Source: Hyalangium minutum (GTDB taxonomy: Bacteria > Myxococcota > Myxococcia > Myxococcales > Myxococcaceae). From it: a stretch of 248,000 nt of DNA. The stretch's first letter is position 1; every line of letters starts with the position of its first letter. This document shows, one piece after another, positions 103,913 through 115,629 of this stretch. Under the pieces are notes generated by a model, which was not told the origin of the DNA, made no database searches, and saw only the letters and a program-made list of their open reading frames with translations. The DNA is taken from contig NZ_JMCB01000004.1 in the NCBI RefSeq assembly GCF_000737315.1, positions 20,001 to 268,000 on the forward strand, read 5' to 3'. The position numbers were made by a program, and so were the translations under genes.

Positions 103913-104188
103913 CTACTTCTTGGCCGTGGTGCCTGGCTTCTTCGGGGCCGCCGGAGCGGGAGCCGGTGTGGCCGCTGGGGCGGGCTTCGCCGCGGCGAGC
104001 TTCAGCTGGTCGCGCTCCTGGCGCACCTTCTGGAAATTCCCCTCCAGCTCGGCGAGCTGGGTCTTCAGCTTCGTGTTCTCCTGGCGGAGGGCATCCGCGT
104101 CTCCCTTGGCCCGCTCCAGCTCTTTGGAAGGTCCGCACGCCACCAGGGGAGCGAGCGCCAGCACCAGGGCTGCCATCCACGCCTTCAT
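103913..104188 (-). CDS. Small coiled-coil lipoprotein (paralog of previous gene)
   Basis: ACGPSKEL; ERD.LKLAA. Confidence 0.7.
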   Translation of the reverse strand: MKAWMAALVLALAPLVACGPSKELERAKGDADALRQENTKLKTQLAELEGNFQKVRQERDQLKLAAAKPAPAATPAPAPAAPKKPGTTAKK

Positions 104189-104430
104189 TCGTCTTCAACC
104201 TCCTGACAGGTCCGAGCCGGAGTCCGTCTCCGGGCTTGGCCTGAGCGGGAGGAGCCAAAGCAAGACGCGTTCCTCCCGTGCGTCCCGAGGGGCGCCCTGC
104301 GTGAGCTCAAGAAAACCGTGGCAGGAAGCCATGGCCACCCAGGTGTGTTGCCATGGCTGGATGCTCCCTTTTTCCGTTGTGTCGAGGGGGGCACCGCCCC
104401 ATCCTGAGGAAGGCTGTCATCAACGTTCCC

Positions 104431-107343
104431 ATGACTTCCTCCCCCTCCGAGCAGGAACAGGCCCTCCTGGGCGAGATCGCTCGCCTTCGCGCACTGGAGG
104501 ACGCCCTTCGCGTGGCCAACGAGCGCATCCAGCTGGCGCTGAACGCTGGAGCGGTGATTGGCACCTGGGTGTGGGACGTCCGAAGGGACCACTTCACGGC
104601 CGATGAGCGCTTTGCCCGGTCCTTCTCAATCAATCCGGAACTGGCGGCGCAAGGCCTTCCGTTGAGCGTGGTCATCACCTCCATCCACCCGGAGGACCGT
104701 CCTCGAATCGAAGCCCTGGTCGCCCGGACGGCGGAGATGGGGGGGCCCTATCGCGCCGAGTACCGGACACGCCAGCTCGATGGCTCCTACCTCTGGGTGG
104801 AGGCCAATGGCCACTGCGAGCACGGACCCGACGGCAAGCCGGACCGTTTCCCGGGGGTGCTGATCAACATCGACGAGCGGAAGAAGGCGGAGCTGCGCCA
104901 GGCCGCCCTCGTCGAGGTGGGCGACAAGCTTCGAGAGCTGGGCGACGCCGGCGAGGTGGCCCACGCCGCCATGGAGGTGGTCGGGCGGGTCATCGGCGTC
105001 ATCCGCGCCGGCTATGGCCGGGTCGACCCGGCCCTGCGAAAGGTGGAGATCGAGCAAGACTGGGTCAGTGCTCCCGGCGCGCTCAGCGTCCGGGGCGTGC
105101 ACGAGTTCACCCGGTACGGCACCTACATCGAGAACCTCGAGCGGGGCGAGGTGGTCAGCATCCGGGACATCGAGGTGGATTCCCGGACCATGGTGGGCGT
105201 GGAGAACCTGCGGCGGTTTGGCATCCGCGCGATGGTCAACGTGCCGTTGCTGGAGCAGGGGCGCCTGGTCGCGGTCCTGTTCCTTCATGACCGGGTGGTG
105301 CGCGACTGGTCTCCGGACGAGATCGAGTTCATGCGCAACGTGGCCGACCGCATCTGGGCAGCCAGCGAGCGCATCAAGGCCGTGGCGGAGCTGCGGCGGG
105401 CCAAAGAGACGCTCGAGCAGCGTGTCGCTCAGCGCACCCGCGAGCGCGATCGCCTCTGGAACGTCTCGCAGGATCTGCTGCTGGTGGCGGACTTCGAGGG
105501 CCGCTTCCTCAGCGTGAACCCCGCGTGGACCTTGGTGCTGGGCTGGACGGAAGCGGAGCTGTTGGGGAAGACCTCCCGCTGGCTGGAGCACCCGGAGGAC
105601 GGAGGAAAGACGCAGGCCGAGGTGGCGAGCCTGGCGGCGGGCTTCGCGACGCTGCGGTTCGAGAACACGTTCCGGCACAAGAACGGCACGTACCGCACCT
105701 TGTCCTGGACGGCGGTGCCGGTGCCGGAGGAGGGCGTGCTCTACGCCGTGGCGCGCGACATCACCGAGCAGCGCCAGACCGAGGATCAGCTGCGCCAGGC
105801 CCAGAAAATGGAGGCCATTGGCCAGCTGACGGGCGGCGTGGCGCACGACTTCAACAACCTGCTCCAGGTCGTCAGCGGCAACCTCCAGCTGCTCCAGCGG
105901 GACGTGGGCGGCAACCCGAACGCCCTGCGCCGCCTGCAGACGGCCGTCAGCGCCGTGGAGCGAGGCGCCAAGCTCGCGTCCCAGCTGCTCGCGTTCTCCC
106001 GCCGCCAGCCGCTCGAGCCACTGGTGCTCAACCTGGGCCGGCTGGTGCGCGGCATGGACGACATGCTGCGCCGCTCCCTGGGCGAGAACGTGGAGGTGGA
106101 GACGCTGGTCTCACCAGGGCTGTGGAACACCTCGGTGGATCCCAACCAGCTCGAGAACGTCATCCTCAACCTGGCCATCAACGCCCGGGATGCGATGGCG
106201 GGCACGGGCACGCTGACCATCGAAGTCAGCAACACCACGCTGGACGAGCGCTATGCCCAGCGTCACCCGGAGGTGGTGCCGGGGCCCTACGTGCTGCTGT
106301 CCGTCTCCGACACGGGCAGCGGCATGACTCCCGAGGTGCTCGAGCGGGCCTTCGAGCCCTTCTTCACCACCAAGCCCGAGGGCCGCGGCACCGGGCTGGG
106401 CCTGAGCATGGTGTATGGCTTCGTCCGGCAGAGCGGCGGCCACGTGACGATCCAGAGCGAGGTGGGGCGCGGCACGACGATTCAGATCTACCTGCCGCGC
106501 TCGTTCCAGGATGAGTCGGCGCCCGTGGAAGGCCTCACGGGCCCTGTCGAGGGCGGCACCGAGACGATCCTGGTGGTGGAGGATGACGCGCAGGTGCGGG
106601 CCACGGTGGTGGAGCTGCTGAGCGAGCTGGGCTACCAGGTGCTCAAGGCCGTGGATGGGCAGAGCGCGCTGGCGATCATCCAAAGCGGGGTGCCGGTGGA
106701 CCTGCTGTTCACGGATGTGGTGATGCCGGGGCCGGTGCGCAGCACGGAGCTGGCGCGGCTGGCCAAGGAGCTGGTGCCGCACATCGAGGTGCTCTTCACC
106801 TCGGGCTATGCGGAGGACGCCATCGTCCACGGGGGGCGGCTCGATCCCGGACTCCACCTGCTGAGCAAGCCCCACCGCCACGAGGACCTGGCGCGCAAGG
106901 TGCGGCAGCTGCTCAACCACCGGCAGCAGCGGCAGGCCCCCGAGTCCCCAGGTGCGAGGAAGACGCCCGTGCCCATTCCCTCTCTGCGGCTGCGCGTGCT
107001 GCTGGTGGAGGATGACGAGGAGATCCGCACGTCCACCCAGGAACTCCTGGACTTGCTCGGGCACGAGGTGGTGGCGGTGTCGAGCGCGGAGGCGGCGCGG
107101 GGCGCCTTGGCGGCGGGCGCCTTCGAGGTGCTCTTCACGGACGTGTCACTGCCGGGAGGCTCGGGCGCGGACCTGGCGCGTGAGGTGATGAAGCGCCATC
107201 CCGGGATGCGGGTCATCATCGCCTCGGGGGATGGGAGCGAGGCGATGAACGGGGAGCGCCCGGGCGTGGCCGTGCTGCTGCCCAAGCCCTACGCGCTGGC
107301 TCAGATTCAAGAGGCGCTCGCGCGAGTGGTGGCCTCTCGCTGA
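104431..107343 (+). CDS. PAS/GAF hybrid histidine kinase with two receivers
   Basis: PAS, GAF, HDFNN, GTGLGL. Confidence 0.93.
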   Translation: MTSSPSEQEQALLGEIARLRALEDALRVANERIQLALNAGAVIGTWVWDVRRDHFTADERFARSFSINPELAAQGLPLSVVITSIHPEDRPRIEALVARTAEMGGPYRAEYRTRQLDGSYLWVEANGHCEHGPDGKPDRFPGVLINIDERKKAELRQAALVEVGDKLRELGDAGEVAHAAMEVVGRVIGVIRAGYGRVDPALRKVEIEQDWVSAPGALSVRGVHEFTRYGTYIENLERGEVVSIRDIEVDSRTMVGVENLRRFGIRAMVNVPLLEQGRLVAVLFLHDRVVRDWSPDEIEFMRNVADRIWAASERIKAVAELRRAKETLEQRVAQRTRERDRLWNVSQDLLLVADFEGRFLSVNPAWTLVLGWTEAELLGKTSRWLEHPEDGGKTQAEVASLAAGFATLRFENTFRHKNGTYRTLSWTAVPVPEEGVLYAVARDITEQRQTEDQLRQAQKMEAIGQLTGGVAHDFNNLLQVVSGNLQLLQRDVGGNPNALRRLQTAVSAVERGAKLASQLLAFSRRQPLEPLVLNLGRLVRGMDDMLRRSLGENVEVETLVSPGLWNTSVDPNQLENVILNLAINARDAMAGTGTLTIEVSNTTLDERYAQRHPEVVPGPYVLLSVSDTGSGMTPEVLERAFEPFFTTKPEGRGTGLGLSMVYGFVRQSGGHVTIQSEVGRGTTIQIYLPRSFQDESAPVEGLTGPVEGGTETILVVEDDAQVRATVVELLSELGYQVLKAVDGQSALAIIQSGVPVDLLFTDVVMPGPVRSTELARLAKELVPHIEVLFTSGYAEDAIVHGGRLDPGLHLLSKPHRHEDLARKVRQLLNHRQQRQAPESPGARKTPVPIPSLRLRVLLVEDDEEIRTSTQELLDLLGHEVVAVSSAEAARGALAAGAFEVLFTDVSLPGGSGADLAREVMKRHPGMRVIIASGDGSEAMNGERPGVAVLLPKPYALAQIQEALARVVASR

Positions 107344-107352
107344 GCCGTGGCG

Positions 107353-108936
<1,584 letters not shown>

Positions 108937-109063
108937 GGAAGAGCTTTAATCGTGTCCAGGAAAGCCGGGGAGTGAGGGATCTCCCGCTGGGGCCGAATGC
109001 GTCCACCAGCGCACGGTGCCGTGAGCGCTCGGTTCACTCCTGGACGTCTGCGTCACTTCTCGT

Positions 109064-109630
109064 TTAGAGCACCCGGCCGCGCAGCTCGGGGCTGGGGCGC
109101 TGGATGATCTCTGTGGTGAGCAGCAGGTGGGGTTCCACTGCCGCCGCCGCTCCTTCGAGCGCCGCCTCCACCATATGGAGCTCTCCGGCCAGGACGAAGA
109201 CGCCCTTGCCGCCGATGCCCCGCGCCAGCTGCAGCCGCTCCAGCACCACCTCGGCGCGCTTGAGCGCCGTGTCCGCGCACAGCAGCGCCGCGGCCACCGT
109301 GTGCGTCTCGACGATGCCCACGCTCTCTCCGAACGTGCCCGGGAAGCGGCCCTGGAGCCCGGCCACGAGCCCGTCCGCGGCCATGGGCAGCAGCAGCTTG
109401 TCCAGCAGCGTGCGGCCGGCCACCTCGAGCCCCTCCTGGAAGGACTCCTGCACCTCGGCCACGCCGCCGGAGAACAGCAGCAGGTACTTGCCCGGCGTCA
109501 CCGCCTCCGCCATTGCCAGTGTCACCGGTGCGCGCTTCACCACCGCGTCGGCCACGACGTAGCCGCGCGCGATGGAGTCCAGCTCCAGGAGCGCCAGCGC
109601 AGGGCCGGGAAGTGGCAGGGGATCAGACAA
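109064..109630 (-). CDS. BMC-T shell protein (tandem BMC domain)
   Basis: LELDSIARG...KRAPV and second ET..A..AD.ALK repeat. Confidence 0.88.
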   Translation of the reverse strand: MSDPLPLPGPALALLELDSIARGYVVADAVVKRAPVTLAMAEAVTPGKYLLLFSGGVAEVQESFQEGLEVAGRTLLDKLLLPMAADGLVAGLQGRFPGTFGESVGIVETHTVAAALLCADTALKRAEVVLERLQLARGIGGKGVFVLAGELHMVEAALEGAAAAVEPHLLLTTEIIQRPSPELRGRVL

Positions 109631-111149
109631 TGCGGAACGAGTCCTTGAGGGTGCAGCGCCGCTCGCGGGTGAAGCTCAGCGCGGTGGTGAGCCCCTCGCC
109701 CGTGGGGGAGGCGATGGTGAAGGAGGTGTAGCCCTCGCCCGTCATTCCCAGCCCGGCGAACGAGGGCCCGTTCTTCACGAAGATGGAAGTGTTGATGAGG
109801 CGCGCCATCGTGCTGAGGTGGTCCACGTTCGTGGAGTGCATGGTGGCCGTGTGCCCGAAGCCGTGCTCGGCCTGGACAGCGGCGGTGATGCAGTCCTCCA
109901 CGTTGCGCAGCCGCGTGAAGCCCATCACTGGCAGCAGCAGCTCCGCCTGGATGAACGGGTGGGTGGCGTCCACCTCGGCGAACAGCAGCCGCGTGCCCTG
110001 GGGCACCCGGATGCCCGCCGCGTCCGCGATCTTCTCCGCGTCCTTGCCCACCCAGTCCTTCACCGGGTGGCCGTCGTGGACTACCAGCTTCTCCAGCCGG
110101 TGGATGGCCGCGCCCGTCACCTCGTAGGCGCCGTAGCGCTCCATCTGCGCCTTGAGCTCGTCGGCGATGGAGGCCACCGCGAAGACTTCCTTCTCCACGA
110201 TGCAGACGATGTTGTTGTCCAGCGAGGCCCCGTCGACGATGTCCTTGGCCGCGCGGGCAATGTGAGCCGTCTCGTCCACCACGGCGGGCGGGTTGCCCGG
110301 GCCGGCGGCAATGGCCCGCTTGCCCGAGTTCATCGCCGCGCGCACCACCGCGGGCCCGCCCGTCACCACCAGCAGGCGCACGTTCTTGTGCTTCATCAGC
110401 GCCTGGGCCGAGTCGATCGTCGGCTCGGCCAGCGCGCACAGCAGGTTCTCCGGCCCGCCCGCGGAGACGATGGCCTCGTTGAGCAGCTGGATGTGGTACG
110501 CGCTCACCCGCTTGGCGCTCGGGTGCACGTTGAACACCACCGCGTTGCCCCCGGCGACCATGCCGATGCCGTTGTTGATGATCGTCTCGGTGGGGTTGGT
110601 GGTGGGGGTGATGGAGCCGATGACGCCGTAGGGCGCGCGCTCCAGCAGCGCCAGCCCGTGATCCCCGGTGAAGGCCACGGGCTTGAGGATCTCCGTGCCC
110701 GGCGTCTTGTTGGCGCACAGGAGGTTCTTCTTGATCTTGTCCTCCACGCGCCCCAGCCCCGTCTCTTTCACCGCCATCTCGGACAGCTCGCGGGCGGCGC
110801 GGCGGGTGGTCTCACGCATGGCCTCGATGGCGCGGTCCTTCACCTCGAGGGACAGCTCGCCCCACTCCTCGAAGGCAGCGCGGGCGGCGGTGGTGGCGGC
110901 GTCGAGGTCATCGAAGATGCCCTTGCGGCCCTTGTGGAAGGCGGGCGCGCGCGAGGGCACGGGAGGACGGGCCTCGGGGGTGAGGGGAGCGGTGCCATAG
111001 CGGCGCTCGCTGCCTCGCCGGTCATCCGCGTGGCCCTGAGGGGGCTGGGCGGGGGCGGGGACCGGCTGGGGGAGATCCGACAGCTCCTTGGAGAGCTTGC
111101 GGACCACCTGATCGACAATCGCGTCGATCTGCTTCGCGTCAAAGCTCAT
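109623..111149 (-). CDS. Acylating aldehyde dehydrogenase (EutE/PduP-like) with N-terminal encapsulation peptide
   Basis: PTTNPTET, GPGNPP, DNNIVCIVEK; amphipathic IDAIVDQVVRKL. Confidence 0.9.
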   Translation of the reverse strand: MSFDAKQIDAIVDQVVRKLSKELSDLPQPVPAPAQPPQGHADDRRGSERRYGTAPLTPEARPPVPSRAPAFHKGRKGIFDDLDAATTAARAAFEEWGELSLEVKDRAIEAMRETTRRAARELSEMAVKETGLGRVEDKIKKNLLCANKTPGTEILKPVAFTGDHGLALLERAPYGVIGSITPTTNPTETIINNGIGMVAGGNAVVFNVHPSAKRVSAYHIQLLNEAIVSAGGPENLLCALAEPTIDSAQALMKHKNVRLLVVTGGPAVVRAAMNSGKRAIAAGPGNPPAVVDETAHIARAAKDIVDGASLDNNIVCIVEKEVFAVASIADELKAQMERYGAYEVTGAAIHRLEKLVVHDGHPVKDWVGKDAEKIADAAGIRVPQGTRLLFAEVDATHPFIQAELLLPVMGFTRLRNVEDCITAAVQAEHGFGHTATMHSTNVDHLSTMARLINTSIFVKNGPSFAGLGMTGEGYTSFTIASPTGEGLTTALSFTRERRCTLKDSFRIV

Positions 111150-111190
111150 CGGCGAGGCTCCTGGCGGGGCAGGGCGCCCGCCGCTTCACT

Positions 111191-111379
111191 TCACGAGGCG
111201 CGTGGCAGGGGCGGCACCTGCTCGGAGCCCTCGTAGTAGATGCTGGCGGTCTCCTTGCCGTAGACAACGAGGACCCGATCGCTCTGGGCGAGCAGATCGC
111301 CCGTCGCCTCGGTGACCTTGCGAACCAGGGAGTCAGACTGCGCCGAGCGTTTGGAGGCTCGGACTTTGACGACCGGCAT
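111191..111379 (-). CDS. Small protein, possibly tautomerase-like (N-terminal Pro)
   Basis: MPVVKV start, 62 aa, inside BMC operon, preceded by aggag. Confidence 0.45.
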   Translation of the reverse strand: MPVVKVRASKRSAQSDSLVRKVTEATGDLLAQSDRVLVVYGKETASIYYEGSEQVPPLPRAS

Positions 111380-111388
111380 GGGGGATTC

Positions 111389-111679
111389 CTACTCCTTGAC
111401 GTACTTCAGTGTGCCGCCCACTTCCAACTGATCGACGATGGCCATGACGGTCGCGTCGACGGGGCGGTCCTTCGTCACCTTCGTCTGCCGGGCGCTGGAG
111501 CCAGAGCAGTAGAGCACCACCTCGCCCACGCCGGCGCCCACCGCATCCACGGCGACGACGACGGGGCCGGTGACTTTGCCCTCCAAGTCCATGCCGCGCA
111601 GCACGAGGAGCTTCAAGCCCTCGAGCTCCTGCTCTTTGCGCGTGGCGACCACCGTCCCCACGACCTTGCCCATCAGCAT
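111389..111679 (-). CDS. BMC-P pentamer (EutN/CcmL)
   Basis: [27 protein letters not shown]. Confidence 0.95.
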   Translation of the reverse strand: MLMGKVVGTVVATRKEQELEGLKLLVLRGMDLEGKVTGPVVVAVDAVGAGVGEVVLYCSGSSARQTKVTKDRPVDATVMAIVDQLEVGGTLKYVKE

Positions 111680-111712
111680 GCGCGGCTCCCGGGTGACTTA
111701 GAGGGGGACAGG

Positions 111713-112015
111713 TCAGGTCGTCCCAGCGTCCGTCTTGCCCTTGCGGCCGAGCGGCAGGACCTGGTCCAGGTTGCCGTGGGGGCGGGGAATCACGTGCACG
111801 GAGACCAGCTCGCCCACGCGCTCGGCGCCACGGGCTCCGGCCTCGGTGGCCGCCTTCACTGCCGCCACGTCGCCGCGGATGATGGCCGTCACGTAGCCGC
111901 CGCCGATCTTCTCGTAGCCGACGAACTCCACCTTCGCCGCCTTCACCATCGCGTCGGCCGCTTCGACCATGCCGACGAAGCCCTTCGTTTCGATCAGCCC
112001 GAGTGCATCCGCCAT
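111713..112015 (-). CDS. BMC-H hexamer shell protein
   Basis: [31 protein letters not shown]. Confidence 0.96.
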   Translation of the reverse strand: MADALGLIETKGFVGMVEAADAMVKAAKVEFVGYEKIGGGYVTAIIRGDVAAVKAATEAGARGAERVGELVSVHVIPRPHGNLDQVLPLGRKGKTDAGTT

Positions 112016-112084
112016 CTGTTCGTTCCTCTCCGCTGCTGCGGTGAAATCACGTCACGCCGTCCCCGAGAGGGGCCGGCTGAAAAC

Positions 112085-112723
112085 TCACTTGTCCTTGAGA
112101 GACGCCGGCTCCTTGCCGGTGAGGCCCTTGAGCGCCGCCACCGCCGCCGCCGCCGCCGCGTCGATCTCCGCCTCGGAGCCGGCCATGTAGAGCCGGCCGA
112201 AGGCGCCGTACGGTGTCACATCCACCAGCTTCACGTTGGCCGCCTTCTCCGCCTCGTTGGCCGCCAGCGCCGCGTACGCCGCGGGCTCGCACTCGAGGAT
112301 GAAGAGGGACTCGCCGGGCTCAATCAGCGAGCCGAAGCGGATCTTGTCCAGGATCATCGCGTGCATCGGCTCGATGGCGCGGATGACGGTGTTGGAGACC
112401 AGCTTGGGCTTGATCCGGTCCTCTTCCTTGGCCTCCAGGAACTTGAGGATGGAGTCACCGGCGCTGCGCACCTCGCCCTTGTCCTCGTGGTGGACCTCGA
112501 GCATGCCGTAGGCGCGCTCGACCACCAGCGTGGCGGGGAACACCCGCGTGTTCTTGAGCGCGGTGTCGATGATCCCGTGGATGGCCATACCCGGCGCGAT
112601 CTCCACGAAGAGCGATGCCACGTAGGGCACCGGGAAATAGCCACGGCACGTGGTGCAGATGTGCGCGGCGAGCTGCGGCTGCAGCGAGTCGAGGAAAACG
112701 AACGCCCGGAGCGACGTGGCCAA
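112085..112723 (-). CDS. BMC-T (CcmP/CsoS1D-like double-stacking trimer)
   Basis: [31 protein letters not shown]. Confidence 0.9.
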   Translation of the reverse strand: MATSLRAFVFLDSLQPQLAAHICTTCRGYFPVPYVASLFVEIAPGMAIHGIIDTALKNTRVFPATLVVERAYGMLEVHHEDKGEVRSAGDSILKFLEAKEEDRIKPKLVSNTVIRAIEPMHAMILDKIRFGSLIEPGESLFILECEPAAYAALAANEAEKAANVKLVDVTPYGAFGRLYMAGSEAEIDAAAAAAVAALKGLTGKEPASLKDK

Positions 112724-112817
112724 AACAACCCTCCCGGTACTGCCGGTAGAGGGACCTTGCTATAGCGAACCGAACACTTCGTTGACAAGCGCCGTCTGGA
112801 GTGGCGGTAAAGGTCGC

Positions 112818-113423
112818 ATGTCCCCCCAATTGCTCTTGATTTCCCTTGTATTCGGGCTCTCCACGGTGGCGGCCGCGCAGCCGGAAGAGGCTCCCCCTGC
112901 CACCCGCCGCGTAGGGCAGACGCCCGTCTGGCTGCCCCGTGGCGCCTTCCTGGGCACCTTCATCCGGAAGGGGGCGGTGGTTCCCCAGGCCCGGCTCCAG
113001 TGGCAGTTGACGCTCTTCCAGCAGAAGAAGGACGGCATCGTGCTCTTGATGGAGGGCGGAGGCGGGTGGGCCGCGGGGCTGCCGGACACGGCCGTGGAGG
113101 GCTTCGACGCGCCCATCCACTCTCTGTATGAGCACACGCTCATGTTCGGAGTGGGCTACCGCAACCAGGACCCGGCGGGTTTGCACTGGGGGTTTCAGGT
113201 CACGGGAGGACCTGTCTGGTATGGTGCGCATTACCGGGATCTCCCGGTTGAGCATGACTCGGCGGGGTTGATGGAGGGGCGTATCCACGTGGGATACCGC
113301 TTCGGGCCGGTGGTTCTGGGAGTGAGCGGCGGGTACGCCGAGCCCTTCAGCTACACGCGGCGCAGCGTGGCGCGTCAGTTCCTCGGGGGAGCGCAGTTCG
113401 GGTTCTTCGCGGATTGGAGATAA
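112818..113423 (+). CDS. Secreted hypothetical protein
   Basis: Signal peptide; aromatic beta-strand pattern. Confidence 0.55.
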   Translation: MSPQLLLISLVFGLSTVAAAQPEEAPPATRRVGQTPVWLPRGAFLGTFIRKGAVVPQARLQWQLTLFQQKKDGIVLLMEGGGGWAAGLPDTAVEGFDAPIHSLYEHTLMFGVGYRNQDPAGLHWGFQVTGGPVWYGAHYRDLPVEHDSAGLMEGRIHVGYRFGPVVLGVSGGYAEPFSYTRRSVARQFLGGAQFGFFADWR

Positions 113424-113509
113424 CCCTAGGCTCCTACCTGTCCTTGCCAGTCCTTCACAGGGCTGCGTAACGTGCGAAGTCATCCCCTCGGAGTCACGGG
113501 AGTGTCGCG

Positions 113510-114784
113510 GTGGCATTGACCACAGAAGCATTCGGTTTGACCGACGTTGGCCGGAAGCGTCAGCACAACGAAGATGCGATGTTGGTGGAGTCCCAGCTGG
113601 GGCTCTACATCGTCGCTGACGGCATGGGCGGTCACGCCGCGGGAGAGGTGGCCAGTGCGCGGGCGACCGAGGTCGTCAAGCAGCACATCACCGCGAACAA
113701 GCACCTGCTGAAGGATCTGGCCTCCAACCCGTCCCAGGACAGCCGGGCGGCGGCGGCGGCGCTGGTGGAAGTGGCCATCCAGCGGGCGTGCGCGGACATC
113801 TACAAGATGGCGCTGGCGGACGCGGCCAAGCGAGGCATGGGCACCACGTTCGTGTGCCTGGCGCTCAGCGGGAACAAGGGCGTCATTGGCCACGTGGGCG
113901 ACTCGCGCGTGTACCTGGTGCGCCACGGGCAGTGTCACCGGCTCACCGAGGACCACACGCTGGTGGCCGCACAGCTGAAGGCCGGCACCATCACCAAGGA
114001 GCAGGCGGCCAGCTCGCAGTACCGCAACGTGATTACCCGTGCGGTCGGCATCCAGGAGTCCGTGCAGGTGGACACCCTGATCGTCGACCTGATGCCGGGT
114101 GATGTCTTCATCCTCTGCTCGGACGGCCTGCACGGCTACATCGAGGACGAGGAGATGCTGCCGCTGGTCAGCACGGTGGCCATTGGCGATCTGCCCAAGA
114201 AGCTGATCGACACGGCCAACGAGCGCGGCGGCAAGGACAACATCACCGCCGTGGTGGTGAAGGTGGCTGGCGACGGCGCGGTGGCCAGCGAGGAGACGAG
114301 CGAGGCGCAGTCGCGCATGGAGGCGCTGCGGAAGATCCCGCTCTTCCGGCACCTCACGTACAAGGAGCAGACGGCGGTGCTGTCCATCGCCACCACGCGC
114401 ACGTTCCCCGCGGGGCGGGAGATTGTGGTGGAGGGCCAGCCGGGCGAGGAGCTGTTCGTCGTCATCCGCGGCCGGGTGGTGATTGAGAAGAACGGCGTGG
114501 AGATCGCCGAGCTGCGCGCCGGTGGGCACTTCGGAGAGATGGGGCTCATCGACAACGCGCCGCGCTCGGCGACGGTGCGCGCCACCGAGCCCACGCGAAC
114601 GATGGTCATCTCCCGGCCGGACCTGATGAGCCTGATGAAGCGCGAGTCCATCCTCGCGGTGAAGATGCTCTGGAGCTTCGTGCAGGTGCTGTCGGACCGG
114701 CTGCGCGCGACGAACTCGGAGCTGAGCGAGGCGCGCCAGGAACTGGCGGTGGCGCAGTCCGTCCAGCCCTTCGCCGAGGAGTAG
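113510..114784 (+). CDS. PP2C phosphatase with cNMP-binding domain
   Basis: NED, VADGMGG, CSDG, DNIT; FGEMGL..PRSA. Confidence 0.93.
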   Translation: MALTTEAFGLTDVGRKRQHNEDAMLVESQLGLYIVADGMGGHAAGEVASARATEVVKQHITANKHLLKDLASNPSQDSRAAAAALVEVAIQRACADIYKMALADAAKRGMGTTFVCLALSGNKGVIGHVGDSRVYLVRHGQCHRLTEDHTLVAAQLKAGTITKEQAASSQYRNVITRAVGIQESVQVDTLIVDLMPGDVFILCSDGLHGYIEDEEMLPLVSTVAIGDLPKKLIDTANERGGKDNITAVVVKVAGDGAVASEETSEAQSRMEALRKIPLFRHLTYKEQTAVLSIATTRTFPAGREIVVEGQPGEELFVVIRGRVVIEKNGVEIAELRAGGHFGEMGLIDNAPRSATVRATEPTRTMVISRPDLMSLMKRESILAVKMLWSFVQVLSDRLRATNSELSEARQELAVAQSVQPFAEE

Positions 114785-114838
114785 GGTCCCCGGCGCCCCG
114801 GTGCCGCCCAAGGGCCGCGCACCGGGGCAGGCTGTGGG

Positions 114839-115603
114839 TCAGCGGAGGGAGTCCGTCACCTCGTAGGTGAGGGTCTGGAAGGAAGCCTCTCGGTACACCT
114901 GGAGCTGCACCGTGCCGCCGGGTGTGGACAGCCGATCGGCCAGGGCTCCCAGTTGGTCAGGGGAGAGCGGCGCTCCATTCATGCGGAACAGCACATCTCC
115001 CTCGTGGAGGCCGAGCCGCGCGAAGACTCCGTTCTCCTGAACGTCGGTGAGCTGGATGGCGGGCTGTGGAAACACCCTCAGGGTCTCCGCATGCGCGCCC
115101 AGGCCGTATTTGCCGCGGAGCTGCGACACCACGCTGCTTTTCACCTTCCAACGGAGCCGGCCCTCGTGGACGGCGGCCGTGTCGAAGCGGTGGCGGATGA
115201 CGCGCAGGGACACGTCCCGGCCCACCGGGAGCAGCTGGGAGCCCTCGGGCCCCGTGAGCTGGAGCCCTGCGGAGGTGATGGCCGTCACCCGGAGATTGCG
115301 GCCCAGCAGCTCTCCCACGTGCAGGTTGCGCGTCTCCCAGGTCTCCGTGTCCGCCAGCGTCGCGAAGGACTCGGTTCGAACGGGGCTGAGCTGGACTCCG
115401 AAGAGGCGATAGCGGGCGGTGCGCGCCTCATACGCCGCCGCCGCGTCGCCCAGCTCCGGTGCCAGCAGGTCCGCGAGCTCCGCCTCACCCACCTCCGTGC
115501 GCGGTGCCTCCCCAGTGTTTCCCTCCGGCGGCTGCGCTTCATTGGAGCAACCGGCGAGCGTCACCACAACCATTCCCCACAGCAACACAGACATGCTCTT
115601 CAT
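114839..115603 (-). CDS. Lipoprotein with C-terminal PDZ-like region
   Basis: Lipobox LAGC; GDVLFRMNG. Confidence 0.6.
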   Translation of the reverse strand: MKSMSVLLWGMVVVTLAGCSNEAQPPEGNTGEAPRTEVGEAELADLLAPELGDAAAAYEARTARYRLFGVQLSPVRTESFATLADTETWETRNLHVGELLGRNLRVTAITSAGLQLTGPEGSQLLPVGRDVSLRVIRHRFDTAAVHEGRLRWKVKSSVVSQLRGKYGLGAHAETLRVFPQPAIQLTDVQENGVFARLGLHEGDVLFRMNGAPLSPDQLGALADRLSTPGGTVQLQVYREASFQTLTYEVTDSLR

Positions 115604-115629
115604 GGTGGTTCCCCCTGGAAGGACGGCCG

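Noticed and set aside
109064-112723. Linking the microcompartment to the lysine pathway at 135563-143835
   Set aside because: About 23 kb apart, no encapsulation peptides evident on Kdd/KamDE/Kal/Kce, and that pathway has no free aldehyde intermediate.
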